Both the position numbers and the translations under genes were made by a program. Positions 1 through 11,432 of a stretch of 64,000 nt of DNA are shown here, piece after piece (positions within the stretch are counted from its first letter, which is position 1; each line of letters starts with the position of its first letter). The notes beneath the pieces are model-generated. The model searched no databases. It saw only the letters and a program-made list of their open reading frames with translations, and was not told where the DNA came from. Source of the DNA: Eledone cirrhosa (Eukaryota); the NCBI GenBank assembly GCA_964016885.1, contig OZ024741.1, positions 295,244,001-295,308,000 on the forward strand, written 5' to 3'.

Positions 1-290
1 TGGTGCCGCGCCATTCAGGCCGAAACAAATGAGATCGTGTAGGTGTCACGACAAAAAAACACACAGTCCACGCTGTAATGTGGCCGTGTAGGCAACACGG
101 TAAAAACCTCCCAGACCCACACTGTAAATGTGGTTGGTGTTAGGAAGGGCATCCAGCTGTAGAAAACCTGCCAGACAGTCCTATGCGAGCAAGACAATCA
201 CTCTTGCCTCAAGTGGGACAACCCCCATCCAAACCCATGCAAGCGTGGAACACGGACGTTAAACGTTGATGATGATGATGATGATGATGA
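1..290 (+). mobile_element. 3' end of RTE-type LINE (or RTE-tailed SINE) with (GAT)n tail
   Basis: The stretch 'ggttggtgttaggaagggcatccagctgtagaaaa...aacccatgcaagcgtggaacacggacgttaaacgttgatgatgat' closely matches the 3' UTR and tail of the RTE fragment at 27040-27210. Confidence 0.7.
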
Positions 291-484
291 TATATCATCA
301 TAAAAAAAACAACAAACGGTCGGACTGTTTTCAATGAATATTTAACTCCGTTCCTACACCAGCCATGAGATACCACATCTATGATGGATGATTTGCATAA
401 TGTCAAATGATTTAATTTATTGCAACATCATTTACTAACCAGAATCGCAGGTTCTACCCATTGGTAAACAACCTAACATAAATG

Positions 485-741
<257 letters not shown>

Positions 742-744
742 TTC

Positions 745-965
745 CAAAAACGGCTGACTGAATATGCATTTTTTCTCAAAAGATTTTTTTCCGTTTTTTT
801 CATCTTCTCACTTTCTGTCTTTCTATTTCATCTTTCATTTCTCATTCTATCTTCTGATGAAGGATTAGTGTTCAAAACATAAATACTGTTTTCCTACTAT
901 ATCAAGCGTTAAACTAATATTGTACTGTGTTGTTTGCTTTGTTGGTTCCCTTTACTTTTTGCATA
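745..965 (+). mobile_element. Penelope-like terminal repeat remnant with degenerate hammerhead core
   Basis: 'cattctatcttCTGATGAaggattagtgttcAAAAcat...tactatatcaag' is homologous to the minus-strand copy at 52258-52460. It is flanked by (TA)n. Confidence 0.5.
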
Positions 966-1034
966 TATATATATATTTACAGAAACCTCACTTGGGTATT
1001 CAGTAATTTCCAAGTGTCGGTCCAGGTATGTTAT

Positions 1035-1310
1035 ATATACAGATATGTGCATATATGTATGTATGTATATTTTTATATGTATATATATATGAGTGTGTGT
1101 GTGTGTGTGTATTTCCTTTTCTCACTAGTCAGTTCTTTCGTTGCTACAGATCATGCGGCTAAATTAGCGGTTGCTATTTTCAATTTGCAAAGCCCTTTAA
1201 ACTGTATGTTATTACTCTGAGGTTTATTCCTTGTCGAGTGCTTGGCTCCACTACTGAAGGCATTCGTTGGCTTGGCTGCTGATCGAACTTCGAATATGCT
1301 GTACTATTGT
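1035..1310 (+). repeat. Dispersed repeat, unclassified; inverted copy at 63305-63590
   Basis: 'ctcactagtcagttctttcgttgctacagatca...gtcgagtgcttggct...cgaacttcgaata' has a close reverse-complement match near the end of the window. Confidence 0.85.
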
Positions 1311-1702
1311 ATATATATATATATATATACAAGTCTGTAACTCTTTAAACTTTACATACACACAATGAATTTCCTATCTCAGTCATGTTTATACAATAAA
1401 AAGTTTGTTTTCCAAAAACAAGGTCTTGGATTCTTACTCTATATTTGCTCCTGTAAATAGTTATTTCTCCAAAGCTATTCATAGATTTAATCTTGTATAT
1501 CATTTGTACATATATGCTGAACATGTATGTAATTATATCTTAGAAATAAATTATTAAAATATAATTTCTAAGTTTAATTACCCCTACATGCCAATAATCA
1601 ACATAAACTATAGGATTTCTCTTAAAAAAACCCATTAATTTATCAAAACCCAAATTTTCTAATTTGTATGATTGTTCATATATCTGGTCATCCTGATATA
1701 TA

Positions 1703-1881
1703 TGGAAACCACAATCAGTCACTAATAGCAGGGGGCGCAAGCTTTCCTATCCCGATGTCATCTTCAGAGATTCTGGTATTGAAACCCAGGATTTGGCAAC
1801 AGCAATGAACAACAGACCTATGTGGAAATCTATTGTTGAGTCGATTTCAGCTGAGGCCGCCGGATAATGATGATGATGATG
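1703..1881 (+). mobile_element. RTE/RTEX-clade LINE C-terminal fragment
   Basis: 1703-1867 translates to WKPQSVTNSRGRKLSYPDVIFRDSGIETQDLATAMNNRPMWKSIVESISAEAAG*, the RTE-like C-terminal pattern (RGR..Y.D...RD.G...DL..AM.xR..W). A (GAT)n tail follows immediately. Confidence 0.7.
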
Positions 1882-3026
1882 ATATGGCATACTACCAGCT
1901 CTGGACCCCTACAGTTTCACTAATATATATAAATAGGTGATGATGATGATTAAATATTGAAATCAGTGTATTTGAACCTTACATAATTCTATTGATTTCT
2001 TTGTTACTGTTATATATATATATATATATTTGATGGTATCTATTTTGTAATAGATATGACCTCATCAAACAACTATTGTGTGATCATTTGTTCAACATGT
2101 GATATGCCCCAGGCAGGTTTTGTTATTACTCTTCCGAGGCCCAGCTAATATATATATATATATGTGTGTGTGTGTGCCAGATATCCATAGATAAAAGGCC
2201 AAGAAAAACAATGCTCACTCTATTGCAAAAGAGCTTATTTAGTATATTTAAAATTTATTATTATTATCAGTAGTAGTAGTAGTAGCAGCAGCAACAGCAA
2301 CAATAATTTTATTATGTCACTGAAGACTGGTCGTTTGATTTCCCATATACCACAAATTTGGCAATAGCAATTCTTAATTTCCTATAATAAGAAAACAATA
2401 ATAAAAATAAAATCATCTTAACTACAGTTAGATTTCATAGAGTAAAAACTAAAAATATGAAAAATGTTTTGCTGTTGAAATCTGAAGAAGGCAATTGTAA
2501 GTGAGAGGTGTCAACCATATCCACCAGCAATTACAACAGAAATATCAGATTTTTTTAGTGAGAGAGAAAGAAAGAGGTGAAAGAGAGAGACAGAGAAGTG
2601 GGAAAGGCAGAGTGACAGGTAAAAGTGAGGGAGAAAGAGAAAGAGGGAAAGGGGGTAAACAAGGAGAGAGAGAGAGTAAGAGAGAGATTTTAAATAATTG
2701 CTATTAGTTATGAATAGTTTTTTTCAATGACAAATTTTTTACTGTAAAAGTTTTGTTTCTTTTCTTTTTTTTCTTTTGTTCATGTCCATAGGAAACGCTT
2801 GGGAAATGGTTTTCAATTATTTCACTTTTCATATCTCCATCTTCTTTATTATTGTCTTTTGCAGTAGAACCCTTTGCTATTACAGCTACTACTACTGTTG
2901 CAGAATTTCTTTTTTCTATAAAGCCTGTTTCAGTTTTGGTTTACTGCTGGAGAACCTCTTTTAATTCCATAAGTTTTATCTTCAAGATTTAATAATAATA
3001 ATAATAATAACAGCAATAATAATAAT

Positions 3027-4080
3027 GATTTCTTTATTAACCACACAGGGCTCACATTAAGGAAACATTAAAGACAGTACAGGACGATACAGTGTGGGTT
3101 TTTCTGTGTGTAAAATAAAATTTATAAAAGAGATTAATAATAATAATATTGACATTCAACATGATTTGGGAAAGAAGCAAAATTCAAAATTTCAAGAAAT
3201 AATGATAATAATAATAAACAATTTACAAAAAGAAAACATTGAAGTCAGCACAAGATGGTACAATGTGGGATTTTTCATGTAAAAAGAGTGATAACAGAAA
3301 ACAAGACAACAAAATATAAAATTAAAACAAAAATGTTCAATAGGAGGAGAATTTGCTGGGGCAAGTACCCCTCACAGCTGTCCTCTTAAGTCTACAGGTG
3401 TATACTCAGAGCAGCCCATTCATTCTAGACAATGCTAACCCCCTCTCACCCACCTTTTAACAAACTGGTTAGAAGATAGCACTTTCCTCTATATACTGAT
3501 TTTTTTCCTGAAAAAGTTAATCAGGGCTTCACCGAAGAGGAACATGCTTGTTTTCAACCCTTTCAATTGCATCCACCACAATACCACTTTCATCATGGCC
3601 ACCAAGCAGATAAAAAGTGCTTATCCTTCCTGGCTGAAGGAAGACTGTAGAGCAATCTTCATGATGGACTCAGTTGATAGCTGAACCTACCCCACACATG
3701 ACAGCAAGCTGTTCAGCATAAACACACAAATCAGCAATGCTCGGATACTCAATGAGTCCATCCAGGACAGTTTCATTACCCTGTGTGTATCTCGGATAGG
3801 CCCAGCTGATGGCACTTCCATGGCTGTAGAGCTTATCTCAAACTGATAATGCTCCCTAGTAGCACTGCCAGGCCAAGGATTTCTGGAAAGCATAGCTAAT
3901 TGATTTTTGTCAACACTCAGAGTCTCCCCAGAACCTAGTTGCTTTTGCATGCTACTAACCCTCTATAGAACACCAAGATGGAGTTTCCAACAATCATACT
4001 GCCTGATAGGCTGAGGGCTGTGAATGCTTGAAGACATTCAAATTTGCAAATGCTCCTTCTCAGACTTCTATGACATCAAG
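3027..4080 (-). mobile_element. Degenerate 3' fragment of an L1/Tx1-like LINE
   Basis: GC-richer, frameshifted coding-like sequence ends at an AAT microsatellite. Its terminus 'tttctttattaaccacacagggctcacattaagg' recurs at about 9835 and 11437. Clade assignment is by resemblance only. Confidence 0.45.
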
Positions 4081-4403
4081 ACTTTTTGCCCTCGATGATG
4101 TTGGTAGTGGTCTTGGTGGTGGCTGGAGTTGATGATGATGATGGTTTTGATAATGGTAGTGGCTGGATATTCATGGTTAAATTTCTTTTTGTTATTTTTT
4201 AAAAATCACACTTAACCTTCTACAACTGTTTATAACATGATGATTGAGTATGCGAATAAGGATGATGATAATGATGATGACGATGGGGATGAGGTTTAGG
4301 ATGCCGTGACTAGATTCACACCTATACAAACTTGACTATTTCTCTTGTTTCTTTTCATCAATATTGTAATTATTATAGTTAAGAACAATAATAATAATCA
4401 TTA

Positions 4404-4505
4404 TGCCTTTCATCCGTCCGGGGTCGATAGAATAAAGTACCAGTAATGCAATGATAATTGCTGGCCTTGTGCCAAAAGTAGAAACAATTATTATTATTAT
4501 TATTA
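4404..4505 (+). mobile_element. 5'-truncated copy of the major SINE
   Basis: 'gcctttcatccgtccggggtcgatagaataaagtaccag...gtgccaaaagtagaaacaattattatt'. Confidence 0.85.
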
Positions 4506-5559
4506 TTTCATTCAATTAAATGTATGTCTGTGTAGTCCATGATTGTCAGTAGACTTACACCCCTGGCAGGTTTACATTAACGCGCTTTTGTAAATTAGTG
4601 TAATAGTGCTGCTGGAAGTAATCATCTTAAAGCCAACTTTAAAAAAAATAATAATATAAAGAACATAAAGAATCTAAAGTCTGTCTACACAAAAAACAAA
4701 CAAAATTATAAAAACATCAGTTAAGTAGCATTCAGTTGCTCAACAATGACTCTTATATTCATTTACTTCTAACTTAATGATTCTCTCACCCTCTCTCTAT
4801 ATATGTGTGTGTGTGTATTTGTATATGTATATATGCATATGTATTGTTTCTTTCTCTATTGTACTTATTTTATTTTTATCAGTTCTCTAAATATGAGAAG
4901 CAAGAAGAGAACAAAAACAAGCAGATAACCTCCCCTTACACAACCTCTTTAACACTGAAGTTAAGAATATATCTGATCTGAAGTATTTAACTTGAGTGGC
5001 TATTAAATATATTTCAAAATGATTTCTTCTCACATGGCCATTTACTAGTAAAAGGTGAAAGATATAGTTGATTAGATCACCTTACCTGCCTATAGTATTG
5101 ACTGACCCTTCTAAAGATGCAGGGTAAAAGTTGACATTAGTAATATTTCATGTATGAACTTCGGAAAATAAAGACTGAATATCTTTCAATATTTGGTTTA
5201 TATTCTAATTAATTTCTGAATAATTCTATTACCTTCCATTTTTTTAAAATTTAATTATGTTAAACCCTGTAGATGTAGGCATCGCTGTGATATAAAAAAT
5301 TTCACTTTGCAATCATGTAGTTTGGGGTTCTATCCTCTTACATAGCACCTTGGACAAATGTCTTCTTTTTATAACCTTGAGTTGATCAATGCCATGTAAT
5401 CACTGCCATTTAGTAGATGGAAACTCTAATGAAGCCTGTCATGTATATGTAAATATATATATATATATATATTGAAAGTTATATTTAAAATTGTTGGGTT
5501 ACAACTAGTAAATATTTATAACTAATATAAAAGCACTCGACAAATATTTGGAGTATATT

Positions 5560-6017
5560 TACAATATTAAATAAATGGAAACTATATTTATAAAACCATA
5601 TTTATTTCATTATATATATTTCGGGGATATCATATTAACAATATGCTATGCCTTCCTCAGACAAAATACAATATAAACAGTTTTATAGATAAATAGATTC
5701 GACATACCGTTATAACACCGACTTCCATTTGAAGAGGTTTAAGCTGGCAGTAAATAGATATGACATACCTTTTCAAATATCAACTTGCATTTGTGAAGTT
5801 GATTGTGAAGTTGATTTGTGAAGTTGACTGCCAAATCAACTTCACAAATGCAAGTTGATATTTGAAAAGGTATGTCATATCTATTTATTTATAAGACTGT
5901 TTATATTGTATTTTGTCTGAAGAAGGCATAACATATTGTTAATATGATATCCCTGAAATATATATAATGAAATAAATATGGTTTTATAAATATAATTTCC
6001 ATTTATTTAATATCGTA
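5560..6017. repeat. Long fold-back inverted repeat 1 (arms about 150 bp plus inner hairpin)
   Basis: 5560-5709 is the near-perfect reverse complement of about 5870-6017. An inner pair links 5751-5803 with 5834-5887. Confidence 0.92.
5909..5974 (+). ncRNA. Type I hammerhead ribozyme-like motif
   Basis: Stem I tattttgt/atgaaata, core CTGAAGA (5917-23), stem II aggcataacatatt-gtt-aatatgatatccct, GAAA (5955-58), palindromic stem III tatata, AUA triplet. A mirror copy lies on the minus strand at about 5603-5668. Confidence 0.65.
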
Positions 6018-6030
6018 TATATATATATAT

Positions 6031-6375
6031 ATATTATTCGAAATATTAATAAATGAAAAAAATTCTCATAACCAAAATATATATTTTATTATACTTATTT
6101 CAAAGTTACAATGGTGTTTAAGTACGTTTTCATCAGATAAAATATATGAGAGATTGGATATGCGACATACCGCTATGGTTTTGATTATTCAATTCCAATA
6201 GTGGTACTATTGGAATTGAATAATCAAAACCGTAGCAGTGTCGCATATCCAATCTCTCATATATTTTATCTGATGAAAACGTACTTAAACACCATTGTAC
6301 CTTTGAAATATGTATAATAAAATATATATTTTGGTTATGCGAATATTTTTCATTTATTAATATTTTGAATAATAT
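6031..6375. repeat. Long fold-back inverted repeat 2 (arms about 170 bp, 3-nt loop at 6203-6205)
   Basis: Near-perfect palindrome centred on 'caattccaatagt ggt actattggaattg'. Confidence 0.95.
6259..6327 (+). ncRNA. Type I hammerhead ribozyme-like motif
   Basis: Perfect 11-bp stem I atatattttat/ataaaatatat, CTGATGA (6270-76), stem II aaacgtac...gtaccttt, GAAA (6305-08), short stem III tatgta, AUA triplet (predicted cut after 6316). A mirror copy lies on the minus strand in the left arm. Confidence 0.72.
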
Positions 6376-6441
6376 TAAATATTCCAGAAAATTTCTGTCG
6401 AGTGCTTCTAATCTATTGTAAAATTATAAACTTTGGTTATA

Positions 6442-6618
6442 TAGAAGTGGTTACACAACAGTTAGTTCACCATACTGAGAACAATTGTTTCACCTTAGTG
6501 GATCCTCAGCTTGTAATGGACATGTTCCGTATAATCATGTCCATTACGAGCTGAGGATCTGCTAAGGTGAAACAATTGTTCTCGGTATGGTGAACTAACT
6601 GTTGTGTAACCACTTCTA
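6442..6618. repeat. Fold-back inverted repeat 3 (arms about 80 bp)
   Basis: 'tagaagtggttacacaacagttagttcacc...ggtgaactaactgttgtgtaaccacttcta'. Confidence 0.93.
6541..6590 (+). ncRNA. Minimal type I hammerhead ribozyme-like motif
   Basis: Stem I cgag/ctcg (extended by ccat/atgg), CTGAGGA (6551-57), weak stem II, GAAA (6569-72), palindromic stem III caattg, GUU triplet. Confidence 0.62.
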
Positions 6619-6679
6619 CCTAACTCGTCCCATGGACTGAGTGCTCTACCACTATGGATATTACCTTCCAGTGTTCTAC

Positions 6680-6726
<47 letters not shown>

Positions 6727-6816
6727 GTGTGTGTATAATATATATATATATATATCATCATCATCATCATCGTTTAACATCTATCTTCCACGCTAGCATA
6801 TATATGTATAATATAT

Positions 6817-7230
6817 CATCATCATCATCATCACCATCATTATTTTTATGTCTGCTTTTCCAGGCTTGCATGTGGTGGACAGGTCCTTATCAGCATGGCA
6901 TCTCTCCATACGTCACAATCCTTTGTCATCACCTCAGTGAGACTCAGTGATTCGAGGTCAGCTCTCACAACCTCTGCCCAGATCTTTCTTGGTCTACCTC
7001 TACTGTGACTTTATTACACTCAATTTTCTAACACTTCTTCACCTAACGATCATTCTCCATGTGCAAACCAACAGAGTCTTCTCTCCTGCACACCAACTCA
7101 GATTCCTCTTAAACCCAGCTTCTCCTTCAACTCATCTAAGATTTTCCGCTCTCTTACACTTACATTGCACATCCAACAGAGCATGGTTGCTTCATTTCTC
7201 CCCAGTCTATGCACATCCTCTGCATGTTTG
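6817..7230 (-). mobile_element. RTE LINE 3' fragment
   Basis: The reverse strand encodes RGRPRKIWAEVVRADL-like sequence. A (CAT)n tail lies on the plus strand. Confidence 0.75.
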
Positions 7231-7953
7231 TCACCAGCTGACTTTTTTCTCTAGATTAGCTTTGGTTTCACAATCTGACTAGTCCCTACAGTAAGGTCAC
7301 CATATATGTATGGAAGATGAAAGAACCCTCAGCCAGTGACAAATTCTGACAAGTCCTACTTGATGCATCTCCATTTTACATATATTTTAAATAGAGGTTT
7401 CATTGGTAAGGTAGATAGATCACATCGTGAGTTTTTACATCGTATTTTCTAGGAGAAAGGTACAATATATACATGAGTATATACAGTATGCATGTGTGTA
7501 TTATATCTTTGTGCCTGCACACACACGTGTGTTTATATATATATATGTACATATGTATACATATATGTATATGGTATGAGAGAAACATATTTCCTATGTT
7601 TACAAAATGATATCAGGAAGAGAGAGAAGTGAAAAATCACACCAACATTTTTACTGTACTGTAATATACAAAAAATACCTTTTTTTATATAAGTATAGAG
7701 AAAAAAATACAAATTTCTTTTTATGATATTGTAGTTATGTTGTATGTTGTTGATCAAACTAACACTACTGTTATAGAAGTAACTTTATACTAAACCATTA
7801 CTATACTTAATTTCTTTAAACATATATCTGAATTTATTAATTTCATGTAACAGTAAGCATGAAATTGGATCTTTTTTTTTTCTTCTTTGTTATTTACAGT
7901 AAAATAGTGAAAATCTTCATGCATAATAAATTGTGCATATGTTAGTATGCATA

Positions 7954-7954
<1 letters not shown>

Positions 7955-8001
<47 letters not shown>

Positions 8002-8211
8002 TATATATATATGTATATATATGTATGTATATATGAATATGTAAGTATGTATATATGAATATGTAAGTATGTATATATGAATATATATGTATGTATATAT
8101 GAATATGTAAATGTATATAAGTACATGTATATATAGGTATAGGTGTATATATATGTGTATATGTATGTGTGTATATGTATATGTCTATATATATGTGTAT
8201 ATGTATATGTG

Positions 8212-8242
<31 letters not shown>

Positions 8243-8289
8243 GTATATATATTTGTGTATATGTATATATGTATATTTATGCATATAGG

Positions 8290-8372
<83 letters not shown>

Positions 8373-8499
8373 ATATATGTGTGTGTATATATATATATAC
8401 ATGTATATGTATGTTTGTAAATATATGTGTGTGTGTCTGTATATATGTATATGTATGTGTATATATTTGTATATATATGTACATGTATAGATATGCATT

Positions 8500-8532
<33 letters not shown>

Positions 8533-8536
8533 ATGC

Positions 8537-8587
<51 letters not shown>

Positions 8588-8640
8588 TTTGTATATATAT
8601 ATATATATATATATATAAGCCACACATACACACACACGCA
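7955..8640. repeat. Compound (TA/TG)n microsatellite
   Basis: About 690 bp of TA/TG/TATG repeats, the source of many spurious YI/HT ORFs. Confidence 0.97.
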
Positions 8641-10090
8641 GTTAGATGTGTTTCTAATACAAAATATATATCTATTCAAATAAATTGTTTATTATCATAT
8701 ACAATCTTTCTTTAATGATATTTTTAGTCTCTGAGAGATACACAGGTATATAAACTTAAATCATTTTTTTTTTAATTTGACATGTGTCTATTAGTGAGTG
8801 TGTATCATCATCATGTGTATATATATATGTGTGTGTCTATGTGTTTTTGAAAAGTCAAGATAAATTATCCATGTGTCACATATGAAACAAATAGACTAAG
8901 CTATAAAATGTCTGTAATTTTATGATTAATCATAAATATAATCAATCAATGACACTTGTCAGTATGGAATGGAGGGGAAGCTAATGAGTGTGCCTGCCCT
9001 AAAACCTTTTAACAACATAGAGAAGTAAGTATAACTTGAATGGAAAACTAATTTTTTAATCATATTCATATCATCATCATCATTATCATTGAACATCCTT
9101 TTTCCCTGCTAGCAAGGGTTGAACAAGTTTTCACAGATCAAGTCGTTATTCAAACATGGCTACGAACCTCTCAGATGAGTCAGGGGCCTGCATCACACAT
9201 ATATACAACATGTGCTATACAGAGTGCATTTTATCAGGACACCAACATTAAGGAGGTTATCACATCTTTGACATAACTGATGTGTCCTCCCAAGCCTTTA
9301 TTTGGTAGGTTTTCTTTGGTTGGATGCCCTTTCTATCATCAACCTCTTTAAAGCATGTACTGGATGTGTTTATCTTGTAGATCACCAACAGTAAAGATGT
9401 TATCAGGCCATTGACACAAATGAAGGGACCTCTCAACCCTTTCTCATATGGTATTTTATAACAGAATTTCTTGCAGTTTCTGTCTACCAAACTGAATCAC
9501 ATGGCACTGCCTAAAGTTCCCCACAGTGTAACTGAACCCAAAACAATGTAGATCCAAAGCTAACTTCTTTACCAAGCAGTCATATCTGTTAATTAATTGT
9601 AGAGAGAGAAAGTGTATGTGTAAATGTGTATCCATACAGATGATGTAAATATGTTTTAGCTCTAACAGACAACATACATATGTGCAATAGTGTATGTAGA
9701 TTAAAAGGTTTAACAGCTCTGCACAGCAGATGTTAATCTTCTGCCGAGAAAGGTCGCACTACTTCTCTTGTACACAGTGATAATTACCCAGCAGATAGCC
9801 AATTAAATAGCAGGAAGACTTATAATAATAATAATTTCTTTATTAGCCATGCAGGACTCACATTAAGAAAACATTAAGGATGGCATGGGATGGTACAGTG
9901 TGAGTTTTGACATGTAAAGATGTTTTTAACAAAAACAAGGAAAACATGTAAAAATTCAAACAAAATAAATTCCCCAATTGGGGGGACTTGTGAAAGTCAC
10001 ACATGGAGACAGTCCACAAAAATTCATAGTTACCCTGACTGTTATGGCAAGTGCCTTCTCTCAGTTTTCCTCCTCGAATCTACACATATA

Positions 10091-10480
10091 ATAATTGTTT
10101 CTACTTTTGGCACAAGGCCAGCAATTATCCAGTGCATTACTGGTACTTTATTTTATCGACCCCGTAAGGATGAAAGGCAAAGTTTACTTCGGCAGGATTT
10201 GAACTCAGAATGGCAAGGGCCGTAACTCTATGCGTCAAAGCATGGTGTCTGACCCTCTACTGATACTGCCAATCCACACATATAATAATAATAATTGTTT
10301 CTACATTTGGCACAAGGCCAGCAATTACCCAGTACATTACTGGTACTTTATTTTATCGACCCTGTAAGGATGAAAGGCAAAGTTAACCTCGGCGGGATTT
10401 GAACTCAGATCGTAAAGGGATGAAACTATGCTGGAAAGCATGGTGTCCGTCTCGCTACCTATACTGCCAATCCACCGCCC
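10091..10480 (-). mobile_element. Two tandem copies of the major tRNA-derived SINE (about 190 bp each)
   Basis: Head with A-box 'tggcagtatcggtag' and B-box 'gagttcaaatccc', central 'gcctttcatccttacggggtcgataaaataaagtacc' (Deu/Nin-domain-like, from memory) and (ATT)n tail. Copies at 10091-10277 and 10291-10480. Confidence 0.9.
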
Positions 10481-10818
10481 TAACATATAATAATAATAAT
10501 AAAACTACAGGCATCACTTGCCATTGAATATTATGTGGAAGTGTGTACCATGATTGCATTAACAGTTTTAAGTACATGTGGAGTTGTGAGTAGACATAGA
10601 CACATTCTCAACCATCCATCCCTTGTTTCAGCTGAACATCCAGGATGTGACAACTTGATGGAGAGAAAGCTGCTTCAGCACTGGGCTGGTACTTTCTAAT
10701 AACAATCCCCAAAAGATGAAAGACAAAATGTACTTTTGCAAAATTTGAACTTAGAACACAGAGATGTGGAACAAAATATTCAATGCTCTAACAACTCTAC
10801 CAAATCAACCACCTTAAT

Positions 10819-11007
10819 AATTTGTTCTACCTTTGGCACAAGGCCAGCAATTACCCAGTGCATTACTGGTGCTTTATTCTATCGACCCCGTAAGGATGAA
10901 AGGCAAAGTTAACCTTGGCGGGATTTGAACTCAGAATGGAAAGGGCTGTAACTCTTTGCATCAAAGCACGGCGTCTGGCCCTCTACCGATACTGCCAATC
11001 CACTGCC
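10819..11007 (-). mobile_element. Major SINE copy
   Basis: Same consensus as 10291-10480. An older degenerate copy precedes it at about 10680-10815. Confidence 0.9.
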
Positions 11008-11020
11008 ATTTGTAGTCAAA

Positions 11021-11432
11021 GACTACAAAGAAAAAATGTATTCTAGTTAATGTATCAACCCCCACAGACGACAATATATCTACCAAGGAAATGGAGAAAC
11101 TATCCAAATATAAAGATCTAGAGATAGACATAACCTGAATGGGGATGAAAAAGACAGAAATCATACCTATAATTATAGGTGCTCTGGGAATGATAAAAAA
11201 AATATACAGTCAGATATATAACCAAAACTCCAGGACATACAAATATATACAGCATACAAAAATAGCACTATTAGGCACTGCATACATATTATGAAAAGTG
11301 CTCTCAATACAATAGAAACAACAACAAAAACAACACTGCACATATCCAAGGCACACACAGCTGCATTTGCTAATGCAGTGATAATGCACAATAAAAGTAA
11401 GACTAATAATGGTAATAATAATAATGGCAATA
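11021..11432 (+). mobile_element. R4/Dong-clade non-LTR retrotransposon 3' fragment (restriction-like endonuclease C-terminus)
   Basis: Encodes KKKCILVNVSTPTDDNISTKEMEKLSKYKDLEIDIT*MGMKKTEIIPIIIGALGMIKK...IALLGTAYIL, with stops and frameshifts. Ends in a (TAA)n tail. Confidence 0.85.

Noticed and set aside
1250-1300. CTGAAGG/CTGAAGA...GAAT as another hammerhead
   Set aside because: No GAAA and no convincing stem I in either copy.
7790-8715. Long ORFs up to 281 aa rich in YI/HT/CV
   Set aside because: Translations of TA/TG microsatellites; the same applies to similar ORFs throughout the window.
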